Assembly: GCA_007378985.1 (NCBI GenBank)
Contig: VMHB01000001.1
Location: 64,252-128,251 of the forward strand
Length of the DNA: 64,000 nt
Direction: 5' to 3'
Origin: Parcubacteria group bacterium Greene0714_7
Lineage (GTDB): Bacteria; Patescibacteriota; Minisyncoccia; Phycocordibacterales; Phycocordibacteraceae
Shown here: piece after piece, positions 46,493 through 56,679 of the stretch
Layout of the letters: every line of letters starts with the position of its first letter
How positions within the stretch are numbered: position 1 is the first letter of the stretch
The notes under the pieces: model-generated
The model's input: the letters and a program-made list of their open reading frames with translations, nothing else
What the model was told of the DNA's origin: nothing
Database searches by the model: none
Program-made: the position numbers and the translations under genes

Positions 46493-46891
46493 TTAAGGAT
46501 TTCCTCCGCGACTTCGACGATCTGCTTCTGCTTGTCTGCGTCTCTCGTTCGCATTATTAAGAGCGGATAACTCTTGGTAGGCTTGTGGACTGCACGATGA
46601 AACATCTTCTTCTAAGTATTCTGGATATTCACCTCTTTGTATTTGTCTTCTTGTAATGGCTATGATTTCTTGACATTCAGATGACATTGCTTCACTTGCT
46701 CTCCTCCTTGCTTGGGCTTCATTAAATCTCCTAATATTTTCTGAGAGGGGACGATTAGGGTCATTGTAGTAGGGGTCTTGGCTCTGCGCTCCTGCCCCAA
46801 AAGGACTCAGTAATGCACCAAGAAACGCTACTCCAGCAAGAAGAGGATTCGTCTTTGAATGTTCACCTCTTTCCATATCTATCTTCACCAT
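46493..46891 (-). CDS. Hypothetical secreted protein (signal peptide; charged, Arg/Glu-rich C-terminus)
   Basis: Signal-peptide-like LLAGVAFLGALLSPFGAGAQS. Start ambiguous (46891 or 46876). Confidence 0.35.
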   Translation of the reverse strand: MVKIDMERGEHSKTNPLLAGVAFLGALLSPFGAGAQSQDPYYNDPNRPLSENIRRFNEAQARRRASEAMSSECQEIIAITRRQIQRGEYPEYLEEDVSSCSPQAYQELSALNNANERRRQAEADRRSRGGNP

Positions 46892-47055
46892 ACTCCTCTC
46901 CCCGTGGAGGTCAAGATATGTTCCCTGTGGTTGTGGAATGGTCTCATATACAGGCCGAGAAGAGCTTTCAAAGGTATACCCCATGAGATACAGTTTTTTA
47001 TTATACCCATTGCCTAATGCAGGTAAGTTATCTCACGAGGTATACTCATTGTGTA

Positions 47056-47934
47056 ATGAGAAAGATACTGATACTCCTTCTCCCGATAGTATTTTTCATG
47101 CCACTCGTGGCATTTGCTGCAGTTCAGCAAGACCCTTCAGCACTCTTAAGTGGGAGTGGTGGGGGATTAGTTCCTCAGTGTGAGGGAGCAGAGTGTAGGG
47201 CGTGTGATCTTTCCGAACTTGCAAACAATGTCATTAACTTCGCTGTTGCCTTCTCTGTCATTGTTGCCACTCTCATGTTTGCTTATGCAGGTATTCTGTA
47301 TGTAACCGCAGCAAGTAAGCCAGACCAAGTAAAGAAAGCACACGGCGTGTTTGTGAATGTATTTGTCGGCTTATGTATTGTGCTTACCGCATGGCTTCTG
47401 GTTAATATTACTTTTTCGGTGTTGACGGGGAAAGGTATTAGTGTTTGGACAAAAATATCTTGCGTGGGGAATCCTGAGTCCGCGGCTTTCCCAGATGCAC
47501 CTGGTGCACAAGCCTCTCGTCCTCAAGTGACAGGTAGTGGGACTCCAGTTACCCCAACAAATAGTAATGATAATCTTGCGGGAGTTCATCCCGACCTTGT
47601 CCGACTCGTCAATGCAGCTCATGCTTGTTCCGCTATTCAGTTTCAGGTGACGAGCGGTTTTCGTCAGAGGTCTAGCACTGCTACAGATTCACGACATATT
47701 CAGGGTATGGCTGTCGACGCTCATCCTATTATTAGAAGCATAGTGAGCTATACAGGAGGTTCATGTGTACCTCCTAATGCAAACTACCGAGCAATAAATG
47801 ACGCATTTGCCTGTGGCAGTCGGCAGACCGGTATTCCTTATCAGTGGGGGGGTAGTAGTCCAACCTTCATGCAAAACAGGTGTTACGATTCGATGCATTT
47901 TCAGTTACCCCGCTCGGTCTACCCTAATGGTTAA
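47056..47934 (+). CDS. Fusion protein: N-terminal T4SS-pilin-like domain plus C-terminal M15 (VanY/D-Ala-D-Ala carboxypeptidase-like) zinc peptidase domain
   Basis: Signal peptide, Cys-rich LVPQCEGAECRACD, TM1-SKPDQVKKAHG-TM2 pilin architecture, then a Pro/Thr linker and an SxHxxGxAxD-type motif (DSRHIQGMAVDAHP). Confidence 0.5.
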   Translation: MRKILILLLPIVFFMPLVAFAAVQQDPSALLSGSGGGLVPQCEGAECRACDLSELANNVINFAVAFSVIVATLMFAYAGILYVTAASKPDQVKKAHGVFVNVFVGLCIVLTAWLLVNITFSVLTGKGISVWTKISCVGNPESAAFPDAPGAQASRPQVTGSGTPVTPTNSNDNLAGVHPDLVRLVNAAHACSAIQFQVTSGFRQRSSTATDSRHIQGMAVDAHPIIRSIVSYTGGSCVPPNANYRAINDAFACGSRQTGIPYQWGGSSPTFMQNRCYDSMHFQLPRSVYPNG

Positions 47935-48550
47935 CGAATATCTAGCTCGTATGAAATTATCTCCAACTCTCATAGTTGCCTTCGGGGCCTTATTGCTCAT
48001 TATCGGATTGAGCATATTGTATTTCTTTTCTTTTGGATCAAACGCCACCGAGACAGCTACCACTAATGAAGATTTCTTCTCAGCTACATTTCCATTCTTT
48101 GGAACGAAAGATGATCGAAGTCCCGTTTCTACTACTTCACAGGGAGTACCGGTGCAGAGTTCAAAAACTTTAGAGGTGCGTACAGTTACTGGGGACATTT
48201 TGTTTGTAGAAGATTTTACTAAAGACCCTGATGTTATTGCCGAGCCAGATAATCGAGTTTTTTATGTTCTGTATCCCAATGCCACAAGTACCAATCCATC
48301 GGAATTTGATTATGAGATTAACTACTTTCCCTCAGATCACTCTTTCTCATTGGTCTTAGCAGGAGAGCCTCTTGCTGAGGTAAGAAGAAAAGCAGCTGAT
48401 GACTTAGCTAAAAGAGTCGGTCTATCTCAAAAAGAATTATGCTCAATCGTTGCCACAGTTCAAACTCCTCGTTGGGTGAATCAATATTATGCCGATAAGA
48501 ACCTTGGTCTTCCGGGTTGCCCTGGTTCAGTGAAATTCCAAGGTGACTAG
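47927..48550 (+). CDS. Hypothetical membrane-anchored protein (overlaps the preceding stop by 8 nt)
   Basis: Start ATGGTTAA overlaps the upstream stop; N-terminal TM (LIVAFGALLLIIGLSILYFF). Confidence 0.45.
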   Translation: MVNEYLARMKLSPTLIVAFGALLLIIGLSILYFFSFGSNATETATTNEDFFSATFPFFGTKDDRSPVSTTSQGVPVQSSKTLEVRTVTGDILFVEDFTKDPDVIAEPDNRVFYVLYPNATSTNPSEFDYEINYFPSDHSFSLVLAGEPLAEVRRKAADDLAKRVGLSQKELCSIVATVQTPRWVNQYYADKNLGLPGCPGSVKFQGD

Positions 48551-48556
48551 GTTGCC

Positions 48557-49447
48557 TCAGTAGCCAATAAATTTAATTAAGTGGTCTAGTATTTCTTGTT
48601 TTTGCGCAGGATTAAACCACACAATATTTTTGTTTCGCTTAAACCACGTCATTTGGCGTTTGGCGTAGTGTCGAATTTCTAGTTCCAATTGAGCTATCAT
48701 TTCTTCGTATGAAATATGCCCTTGGAGATGTCGTGCCATATAGCGGTATTCAAGTCCTAAGCTCTCCATGCGCTCCCATGAGAGTCCGTGTGCGTGGAGC
48801 CGAATTGTTTCTTCCAGCATTCCTGCTTGTAATCGCTCAAAGAGTCTATTGTGTATTTTTCTTCCGAGTTCTTCTGAGGGGAGTGTGAGACCTATGTATG
48901 CAATGTCATACAATTTTTCGGAATGTGAAGGAGGAGTGGCACCAAGCACTCGTGCTATTTCTATGGCTCGTATTAAACGCACAGGATTTTTTGTGTCTAT
49001 AGTTTTAATTCTTTCAGGATCTAAATTCTGAAGTTCTGCGTTTAATTCTTCCAAGCTGAACCCTGAAAGTTTTGTTCTCAAATCTTGATCAGCCGGTACA
49101 TTAGGAAGTGAAATAGTTCCTAAGAGCGCATCAATATAAAAGCCTGTGCCTCCGACGACGACAGGAACTTTTTTCCGAGTGAGTATGTCGCTCAATGCTT
49201 GTCTTCCTAGGTGTAGGTAATCGGATACAGAGAATACCTCCTCTGGGTTTGCGATATCAATGAGATGATGGGGAACCCCATCCATCTCAGGCGGTGTAAC
49301 TTTGCCACTCCCAATATCAAGTCCTCTATACACTTGCCGTGAGTCCGCAGACACCACCTCACCGTCGAGTGCTTTAGCGATTTCAATAGAAATGCTTGTT
49401 TTACCCACCGCAGTAGGTCCAAGGATGACTATAATTTTCTCTTTCAT
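48557..49447 (-). CDS. miaA: tRNA dimethylallyltransferase
   Basis: P-loop ILGPTAVGKTSISIEIA and DSRQVYRGLDIGSGK. Confidence 0.9.
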   Translation of the reverse strand: MKEKIIVILGPTAVGKTSISIEIAKALDGEVVSADSRQVYRGLDIGSGKVTPPEMDGVPHHLIDIANPEEVFSVSDYLHLGRQALSDILTRKKVPVVVGGTGFYIDALLGTISLPNVPADQDLRTKLSGFSLEELNAELQNLDPERIKTIDTKNPVRLIRAIEIARVLGATPPSHSEKLYDIAYIGLTLPSEELGRKIHNRLFERLQAGMLEETIRLHAHGLSWERMESLGLEYRYMARHLQGHISYEEMIAQLELEIRHYAKRQMTWFKRNKNIVWFNPAQKQEILDHLIKFIGY

Positions 49448-49501
49448 TATGGCTGGTATGCTATCATGATAATCGTTAGAATTAGCTTCATTAGAACTGC
49501 A

Positions 49502-50146
49502 ATGGCAAAAGAAAAAAAAGACAATAACGAAGATACGACGAAAGGATTTATGAGTATGGTGCGTGTTGGACGTGCAATTCCTGATTTAGAATGCGAGGTA
49601 TTTCACAACGAAAAAATAAAGAAAATTCGACTTTCTGACTATAAGGGTAAGTGGCTCGTTCTTTTTTTCTATCCAGCAGATTTCACCTTTGTGTGCCCTA
49701 CAGAACTTGAAGAACTTGCAGATTCCCATAAAATTTTTACAGATTTAGATACCGAAATTGTCAGTGTAAGTGCTGACACAGTGTTTGTGCATAAAGCATG
49801 GCACGATACATCGCCAGCAATAGCCAAAATTGAATTCCCTATGGCATCAGATACTGCAGGTAGACTCGCTCGAGCCTTCGGGACCTATATTGAAAATGAT
49901 GGCCTTGAGCATATGGACGATGAAGGATTATCGCTTCGCGGTACATTCATAATTGATCCAGATGGAATTCTTTCTACGATGGAAATCAACGATAATTCGA
50001 TTGGTCGTTCTGCACAAGAACTTATTCGCAAGCTTCAAGCTGCTCAATTTGTTCGATCGCACGGAGGTCAAGTATGTCCCGCTGCATGGAAACCGGGTGA
50101 TGATACATTGAAAGGAGGAGATTTGGATTTGGTCGGAAAGATCTAA
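49502..50146 (+). CDS. Peroxiredoxin (typical 2-Cys, AhpC/TSA family)
   Basis: Peroxidatic Cys motif FTFVCPTEL; resolving Cys near the C-terminus (VCPAAW). The true start may be at 49550 (MSMVRVG). Confidence 0.85.
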   Translation: MAKEKKDNNEDTTKGFMSMVRVGRAIPDLECEVFHNEKIKKIRLSDYKGKWLVLFFYPADFTFVCPTELEELADSHKIFTDLDTEIVSVSADTVFVHKAWHDTSPAIAKIEFPMASDTAGRLARAFGTYIENDGLEHMDDEGLSLRGTFIIDPDGILSTMEINDNSIGRSAQELIRKLQAAQFVRSHGGQVCPAAWKPGDDTLKGGDLDLVGKI

Positions 50147-50160
50147 TGAGTGTTTTGGTG

Positions 50161-50195
50161 GATAGGCGACGCTTCGTCGGATCCGAAGGGATCAT
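50161..50195. promoter_or_regulatory. Conserved two-hairpin motif, copy 2, 14 nt upstream of the 5-FCL start
   Basis: gataggcgacgcttcgtcggatccgaagggatcat, identical to copy 1 at 18577-18610. Confidence 0.55.
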
Positions 50196-50208
50196 TTAGG
50201 GAACATCC

Positions 50209-50658
50209 ATGAATCCGGAAGAAGAACTTTTAGAAAAGCTTCGGGGAGCGAATGCTTTGATTGGGTATTCGCCGATGGGGGATGAACCTGATGTTCATGG
50301 TTTTCTAATAGAGAATCAAATATTTAAACCGGGTCGTTCTATTATTGCGGATAAAAATATCTCTCCGCATGATTTTGCTTTATCGCTCCTCCGAGCACAT
50401 GCTAATGAGAAAGTATGTGTTCTTGTTCCAGGGAGGGAATTTGATACATTCGGTACTCGACACGGGCGTGGTGGTGGCTGGTACGATAGATTTCTAAAGG
50501 AGTTGCCACAAGACTGGATACGTATTGGTGTTTTGAGCCCAGCTCAACTTTCTGAAGAGAAACTAAATCGTGAACCGTGGGACGAACCTGTTGATTATCT
50601 TTTGATTATAGAAAAGGACGATTGCAATATTATTACAACCAATTCAAGAAAAAACTAA
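50209..50658 (+). CDS. 5-formyltetrahydrofolate cyclo-ligase family protein
   Basis: PGREFDTFGTRHGRGGGWYDRFL matches the 5-FCL ATP/substrate motif. Confidence 0.7.
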   Translation: MNPEEELLEKLRGANALIGYSPMGDEPDVHGFLIENQIFKPGRSIIADKNISPHDFALSLLRAHANEKVCVLVPGREFDTFGTRHGRGGGWYDRFLKELPQDWIRIGVLSPAQLSEEKLNREPWDEPVDYLLIIEKDDCNIITTNSRKN

Positions 50659-50674
50659 CTAAACCTCCCTTGCT

Positions 50675-50863
50675 TTGCAAGTGCCGGAGGAGGGACTCGG
50701 TCAGGCGTTCTCTGTTTGTCGTCACAAACAGAGCCGCACGACCCTAGCTCACCTGTTTTTTCTGCTGAAAAAACATGGTTCCGCTTTTCGAGTCCCAACG
50801 TAATGTACGCAGGTGCATTACTCCTCGCGCAAAAGAAAATCGCACACATGTGCGATTACTTTG
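50675..50863. repeat. tRNA-Leu(CAA) trailer: a direct copy of the tRNA 3' end (gtgccggaggagggactcg, 50680-50698) starting a repeat unit, and an inverted T-arm copy (gcttttcgagtcccaacg, 50783-50800)
   Basis: Read directly. The unit core ccgcacgaccctagctc matches the cgcgacccNagctc core of the 2706-2998 units. Confidence 0.55.
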
Positions 50864-50944
50864 TGCCGGAGGAGGGACTCGAACCCTCATCCCTTGCGAG
50901 ACACGATTTTGAGTCGTGCGTGTATACCATTCCACCACTCCGGC
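50864..50944 (-). tRNA. tRNA-Leu (anticodon CAA)
   Basis: Reverse complement: acceptor GCCGGAG/CTCCGGC, anticodon stem-loop CACGA-CTCAAAA-TCGTG, long variable arm, T-arm GAGGGTTCGAGTCCCTC. Confidence 0.75.
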
Positions 50945-51106
50945 TTTATGCAACGAGCGATTCGTGCGTTGCTTTGTGTAGAGTACCCGAAAGGGGCAGT
51001 GAGGTCTAGTTGCCTTGCTGTATTCAATACTAGGCTAGATGAATGACCAGTATCAGAGATTCATGTTCGATACTTTAAAAAACTAAAACCTACCGCGCCA
51101 TTCCAT

Positions 51107-51148
51107 CTGTATAGTATAAATTAACGATCGTTAAATTATACTATACAG
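51107..51148. promoter_or_regulatory. Palindrome B, copy 3 (ctgtatagtataaattaacgatcgttaaattatactatacag), about 118 nt upstream of parB
   Basis: 42-bp near-perfect palindrome read directly. Confidence 0.5.
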
Positions 51149-51265
51149 GTAAAGAGTAGTAGAAAGTAGGTTGGACAGTTGAATTTTTTTGAATTTTCTC
51201 AATTTTTGAGAAACAGGAGGATTTTTTATCTCACGCTTCTTTTGTGTTCGTGTTACAATTTTCCC

Positions 51266-52228
51266 ATGTCACAGTTTCAAGGAGATGCAATTTTTTGGGT
51301 CGAGGTTGAAAAAATACGACCAAACCAATATCAACCACGTACCGAGTTCGATGAAGCAAAATTGAAAGATTTGGCAGGCTCTATTCGTCAGTACGGCGTC
51401 TTACAGCCACTTATGGTCACACGATACGAAGAGTCACGTGAAGATGGCGGACTTTCAACCTACTATGAACTCATCGCGGGGGAACGCCGGCTCCGTGCAT
51501 CAAAGCTTGCCGGCCTCTCTCAAGTGCCTGTCATTATTCGCTCCACTGAGGAACAAAGTCGAGTACGCTTAGAGCTCGCTATCATTGAAAACTTACAACG
51601 AGAAGATCTGAATGCCATTGACCGTGCACGTGCCTTTGATCGTTTGCAGAAGGAATTTAGTTTAAATAACTCAGAAATTGCTGTGAAGGTGGGGAAGAGT
51701 CGTGAGTATGTTTCAAACTCAATTCGCCTTCTTGCACTACCTGCTGAAATGCAACAGGCAGTTATTGGTGGTGCTATTTACGAAGGTCATGCGAGGGCTC
51801 TGCTCATGCTCTCCGACAGACCTGAAGAACAAAAGACTGTTTTTCGTGACATTATGATTCGCAAACTATCAGTGCGTGATGTTGAAAAAATTACGCGTGA
51901 GATTGCTGTGGAGAAAGCGCGAAAGCGCGACATTACTCCTCAAATAGAGGCACTTGAGCGAGCATTTGCAGAGTCACTCGGAACAAAAGTTGAAATAAAA
52001 GCACAAGAAAAAGGAGGAAAGCTTATTATTGATTTTTTCTCAACAGAAGATTTGGAAGGAATGCTCGCACATATAGAGCGCCGTGTTATCTCGCCTCAAG
52101 CAGAGAGCCCTATCTCAGAGGCTCAAGAACAAAGAAACGATATGGTAGATGTGCCTTCAACGCTCGCTTCTGTACCTCCGCCTCCTTCAAATGACGATGA
52201 CTTTTCATTGAAACACTTCTCTATCTAG
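51266..52228 (+). CDS. parB: ParB/Spo0J-family partition protein (no adjacent parA)
   Basis: ParB N-terminal box ELIAGERRLRASKLAGL and an HTH; long C-terminal extension. Two terminator-like hairpins at 52254-52297 and 52337-52362 follow. Confidence 0.8.
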   Translation: MSQFQGDAIFWVEVEKIRPNQYQPRTEFDEAKLKDLAGSIRQYGVLQPLMVTRYEESREDGGLSTYYELIAGERRLRASKLAGLSQVPVIIRSTEEQSRVRLELAIIENLQREDLNAIDRARAFDRLQKEFSLNNSEIAVKVGKSREYVSNSIRLLALPAEMQQAVIGGAIYEGHARALLMLSDRPEEQKTVFRDIMIRKLSVRDVEKITREIAVEKARKRDITPQIEALERAFAESLGTKVEIKAQEKGGKLIIDFFSTEDLEGMLAHIERRVISPQAESPISEAQEQRNDMVDVPSTLASVPPPPSNDDDFSLKHFSI

Positions 52229-52406
52229 TTTCTGCCTGCATAACAGAATAAATAAAATACCCCCCCAAGTGAAATCTTGAGGGGTATTTTATTTTTTAGG
52301 TGGGGGTGGTGATTTTATATATCAAATCACTTAAATCATGGAGAGCGGTAGCTCTCCATGTATATAAAAGCTCAACTTGAAATCCTTTGGAGTGGTCGGC
52401 GTAGAG

Positions 52407-53939
52407 CTATGATTTATTTTCTTTCTTCTTTAATGTTGCGCGGATGTAGCGACGAGCCGATGCAGTTTTTGTGTAATCCAGCCACTTTTTATTTGGCGTT
52501 CCTATTTTTTTTGTTTGTATTTCAACAATATCCCCTTTGTGCAGTTCTGTATCAAGACCAACCATTTTTCCGTTCACCTTAGCTCCAGACATAAGGTCAA
52601 CAAGGTTCGTGTGTACTGCGTACGCAAAGTCTATTGGGGTTGCACCAATAGGTAAGTCGATAACATCACCCTTTGGGGTGAATACAAACATTCTTCGTGC
52701 AAAAAAATCTTCACGGAGCGCATCTTTAAATGCTTCCTCTCCTTCAAATTCCTCTGCTGCGGTATTTAAATCAGTAAGCCAGCGCGGTGTTGGTGCGCTT
52801 GTCTGCGTGAGGGATTTTTCTGCGCGCGTCATTTTCATGAGCGATGGAACAAACCGTCCTACCCATCCTATTTTTGAGTCTTTTCCAGGCTCGCTACCCT
52901 GACTTTTATTCTTATATATGAAATGCGCCATTACACCGAATTTACTTTCTTGTTGCATCTCTTCAGATCGTATCTGGATTTCAATAATCAACTTATGGGG
53001 AGTGATGATTGTGGTGTGAAGTGTACGGTAGCCGTTTGGCTTTGGGCTTGCGATGTAATCTTTAATACGTCCAGGAATTGGTCTCCAAATATTATGAATA
53101 ACCCCAAATGATCGATAACAATCCTCAAGCGTGGGTACAATAATACGAATCGCAAATATGTCGTACACTTTATCAGGGTCATTTCCTTTACGAATGAGCT
53201 TCGTGGCAAAGCTATGAACATTTTTTACGCGTGATTCTGTTCTAAAGTTGCGTATACCTGCTTCAGCGAGTGCTTTGCGTAGGTCATTGAGAGCTCTGTC
53301 GAGGGCTTCTTTTTCTGTTTCCCCTCGCTCCTCCAAGAACTGGTGGATTTTTTTGTATCGTTCAGGTTCTAATGTTTTAAACGCTAAGTCTTCAAGCTGA
53401 GATTTTATTAAACCAATGCCGAGTCTTTCTGCAATAGGGACGTACACCTCCTTCGTTTCAAGTGCGATACGCATGCGTTTTTCAATAGGTTCAACGAAAG
53501 TGATCGTCTCCATGTTATGGAGCCTATCGGCAAGCTTGATGATGATGACACGAATGTCATTGGCGGTTGCAACGAGTAGACGCCGCAGGCTTTCCACGTG
53601 CCTCTCTACTCCACGATATTTTAATTTTGAAAGTTTAGTGACTCCTTCAACTAAAAATCGCACAGTTGCACCAAATTTTTCTTCTATTTCTTCGATGGTA
53701 ACGGGTGTGTCCTCAACTGTGTCATGAAGAATTCCTGCAATAATTGTTTCGCGATCCATGCCAAGCTTGGCGAGCGTTACTGCAATTGCAGTTGGGTGGA
53801 TGATATATGGCTCACCTGATTTTCTTTTTTCTTCACCATGAGCTACCTTTGCAAATTCATAGGCTATCTGAATTGCTTTCTGATCTTCCGAGGAAGGGGA
53901 CTGCATTGCACGGATGATGTCGTCAGTGGCATGAGGCAT
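52407..53939 (-). CDS. Bifunctional (p)ppGpp synthetase/hydrolase (RelA/SpoT homolog: HD, synthetase and TGS domains)
   Basis: HD motif HDTVEDT, RelA/SpoT synthetase region, C-terminal TGS; 510 aa, no ACT domain. Confidence 0.85.
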   Translation of the reverse strand: MPHATDDIIRAMQSPSSEDQKAIQIAYEFAKVAHGEEKRKSGEPYIIHPTAIAVTLAKLGMDRETIIAGILHDTVEDTPVTIEEIEEKFGATVRFLVEGVTKLSKLKYRGVERHVESLRRLLVATANDIRVIIIKLADRLHNMETITFVEPIEKRMRIALETKEVYVPIAERLGIGLIKSQLEDLAFKTLEPERYKKIHQFLEERGETEKEALDRALNDLRKALAEAGIRNFRTESRVKNVHSFATKLIRKGNDPDKVYDIFAIRIIVPTLEDCYRSFGVIHNIWRPIPGRIKDYIASPKPNGYRTLHTTIITPHKLIIEIQIRSEEMQQESKFGVMAHFIYKNKSQGSEPGKDSKIGWVGRFVPSLMKMTRAEKSLTQTSAPTPRWLTDLNTAAEEFEGEEAFKDALREDFFARRMFVFTPKGDVIDLPIGATPIDFAYAVHTNLVDLMSGAKVNGKMVGLDTELHKGDIVEIQTKKIGTPNKKWLDYTKTASARRYIRATLKKKENKS

Positions 53940-53990
53940 TCAGATTAGTGTATAGGGTTTAGTGATTAGTGTATAGGGTTTCAATACAAA
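53940..53990. repeat. Heptamer-repeat leader (reverse-complement ccctata cactaat cactaaa ccctata cactaat ctga|ATG) abutting the relA start
   Basis: Read directly. Confidence 0.5.
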
Positions 53991-54242
53991 ACTCATGTGA
54001 GACATTTTCTATGTCGTTGACAGTAAGTATAAATTTTGATATAAATTTTTTAAATGACTACACGTGAAGGTTTACCTTCGAGAAGAGTTCGTCGAATGAG
54101 CCCTGCGAGAAAGGAGCGCAGAATCGCTAATTTGGATTTGGGTGCTTGGGATATCGCGACTAAAATTTTGATTAATTATCCTTCACCACAAGCGCCTTTG
54201 CTTCGTGCTGTTGCACGCACTGGATATGCTGAAGCCGCTCGC

Positions 54243-56633
54243 TTAAGACGCCTTTAACAATTCAAGAGCTTCAGGAACAGTGAGTTTCTCGGGATCCATA
54301 GATTCGGGAATTCGTACATGCTTGAAACCTTTTTTCAAAAAGAATCCGCTCTTTGATTTGTAGAGATATATTTTTTTCTTAGTGCGTGGATGTGTTCCCA
54401 CTTCGCGTGCGATGGCAATGCCAGGGCGTCCTTTCTTTGGTTCTTTGAGTATTTCGAGGGCTCGCTCGTAGGTAATTCCATACGGTTCGTCTGCTCCTTT
54501 GAGTGAACGAAAATCTCCATTGTGTACGATGAATGGGCCAAATTTTCCAATAGCTGCTGTAATAGGCATGCTCGATTCAGGGTGAATGCCGAGTTCTCGT
54601 GGAAGTGAAAGAAGCTTAATGGCCTGCTCCATCGTAATTGATTCAGGAATTATGTCAGGAGGAATACTGGCTTTTCTTGTGTCTGGTTTTTTTGCTTTCT
54701 TTTTCTTTTTTCCATCCACAGCCTCTGGTACGGGTTCCATTTTTGGACCCATTTCTAGATAGGGGCCAAAGCGCCCAACGCGTACATGAATTGGATGTCC
54801 GGTTTCTGGGTGATCGCCAATAGACTCACTTTCTTTAATAACTTCTCCTTTTTCAGTACGAGAACCTTTGCAATCAGGAAACCTGGCACAGCTCATGAAA
54901 ACGCCAGTGCGCGACAATTTCATAACCATTGCATGTCCGCAGAGCGGGCAAGGGAATTCTTCGGGAACATCACCGAGAGTAGTGAGTTTTGGAATGTCTT
55001 CTTTTGATGCGACATCTTTTGAAAATGGTCCGTAAAAATCCTTCAAGGTTTTTGTGTACTCGCGCTCACCTGAAGCAATTTGGTCGAGCTCGTCTTCCAT
55101 CTCTGCCGTAAATGAGTCGCTGATGTATTTTTCAAAGTTTTCTTCCAAGAATGTTGAGACTACTTCGCCAGTAGTTGTTGGATGGAGTGCCCGTCCAATT
55201 TTTTCAACGTATCCTCGATCAACAACGGTCTTTATGATTGAGGCGTATGTTGATGGTCGGCCGATACCTCGTTTTTCAAGTTCCTTAACAAGGCCAGCTT
55301 CTGTGTAGCGAGCAGGGGGTTGGGTATATTTTTCTTGCGATTCTATTTTCTCTAGTTTCAATTTTTCTCCTTTCTTTGCTTCAGGAAGAATTGTTTCTTC
55401 TCCTTTAGCGTCAGCATCAGCGGCAAGCCATCCATCAAATTGCACAGTGGAACCAGTAACACCAAATTCAGGTACGCCTTCTGTTATGGCGGTAATTTTT
55501 GCACGGGTCATTATTGCATCTGCCATTTGTGAAGCGACAGTCCGAGCGTATATAAGTGCGTAGAGGCGCTCCTCTTCTTCAGTCGCACCTGCTTTTTTTA
55601 CGGAAATATCTGTAGGGCGTACTGCTTCATGAGCCTCTTGAGCATTTTTGCTCCTGGTCTTGTAGCTACGAGTTTCAAGATAGTTTGCTCCGTATTCTTT
55701 TTTCACATGAGTGGCGATTGCGCTCACTGCAACTTCAGCAAGATTTGTGCTGTCGGTGCGCATGTAGGTTATATGGCCAGCTTCGTAAAGTCTTTGTGCG
55801 GTGCGCATGGTGCGTGAAGGGGAATAGCCAAGGCGCGAACTTGCTGACTGTTGGAGTGTTGATGTAGTAAATGGTGCCTTGGGAGAGCGCTTCACTGGAG
55901 AAGAAGTAACGTCGGCAACTACCCACGCACCTTTGTTGCCGTTCTTTACTATTTCTTCAGCCTCCTCAACTGTTGCTGGTTCAGTTGAGCAAGTGGCAGT
56001 AAATGTGTCGCCTCGGGGAGTTTTCAAATCGGCAGTGATAACAAAATACTGCACAGGGTTGAATGCACGAATTTCTCGTTCTTTTTCTACGAGAATGCGA
56101 AGTGCAGGTGATTGCACTCTTCCTGCCGAAAGACCATAGCGAACTTTTTTCCAAATCAGTCCTGAAAGATCGTATCCCACAAGTCGGTCAAGAACACGCC
56201 TGGCTTCTTGTGCTTTTCGGAGATCTTGGTCAATTTTTCGAGGATGCGCAATTGCCTCTGTTACTGCGTCTTTGGTAATTTCATGAAAGACCACACGCTT
56301 CGCGCCTTTGAGATGTGCTGCCTCATTTAAGTGCCAAGCAATGGCTTCTCCTTCGCGGTCGGGGTCGGTTGCAAGAAGCACTTCGTCAGCCTTTTCTGCA
56401 GCCTCTACAATCTTTTTAATGACATCTCCTTTCCCTGGGACTGTGACGTAGCGAGGTATAAATCCACCCTCAATATCGATAGCGTCTTTGCTAGATTTTG
56501 GTAAATCACGAACATGCCCAACGGAAGCAAGTACCTTATAACCTGCGCCGAGGTATTTTTCTATCGTCTTTGCCTTTGCGGGCGACTCAACGATAACGAG
56601 CGTGCTCTTTGCACTTGCACTTTTTGTTGCCAT
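54243..56633 (-). CDS. topA: DNA topoisomerase I
   Basis: TOPRIM N-terminus, active-site Tyr region, C-terminal zinc ribbons (CPLCGHAMVMKLSRTGVFMSCARFPDC); 796 aa. Confidence 0.9.
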   Translation of the reverse strand: MATKSASAKSTLVIVESPAKAKTIEKYLGAGYKVLASVGHVRDLPKSSKDAIDIEGGFIPRYVTVPGKGDVIKKIVEAAEKADEVLLATDPDREGEAIAWHLNEAAHLKGAKRVVFHEITKDAVTEAIAHPRKIDQDLRKAQEARRVLDRLVGYDLSGLIWKKVRYGLSAGRVQSPALRILVEKEREIRAFNPVQYFVITADLKTPRGDTFTATCSTEPATVEEAEEIVKNGNKGAWVVADVTSSPVKRSPKAPFTTSTLQQSASSRLGYSPSRTMRTAQRLYEAGHITYMRTDSTNLAEVAVSAIATHVKKEYGANYLETRSYKTRSKNAQEAHEAVRPTDISVKKAGATEEEERLYALIYARTVASQMADAIMTRAKITAITEGVPEFGVTGSTVQFDGWLAADADAKGEETILPEAKKGEKLKLEKIESQEKYTQPPARYTEAGLVKELEKRGIGRPSTYASIIKTVVDRGYVEKIGRALHPTTTGEVVSTFLEENFEKYISDSFTAEMEDELDQIASGEREYTKTLKDFYGPFSKDVASKEDIPKLTTLGDVPEEFPCPLCGHAMVMKLSRTGVFMSCARFPDCKGSRTEKGEVIKESESIGDHPETGHPIHVRVGRFGPYLEMGPKMEPVPEAVDGKKKKKAKKPDTRKASIPPDIIPESITMEQAIKLLSLPRELGIHPESSMPITAAIGKFGPFIVHNGDFRSLKGADEPYGITYERALEILKEPKKGRPGIAIAREVGTHPRTKKKIYLYKSKSGFFLKKGFKHVRIPESMDPEKLTVPEALELLKAS

Positions 56634-56679
56634 TACGAGACACTAGTACGGCATGAATTGAATCGTGTCAACTACACGC

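Noticed and set aside
54054-54257. 67-aa Arg-rich ORF upstream of topA end
   Set aside because: It overlaps the 3' end of topA on the opposite strand and has an Arg/Ala-rich composition; likely spurious.
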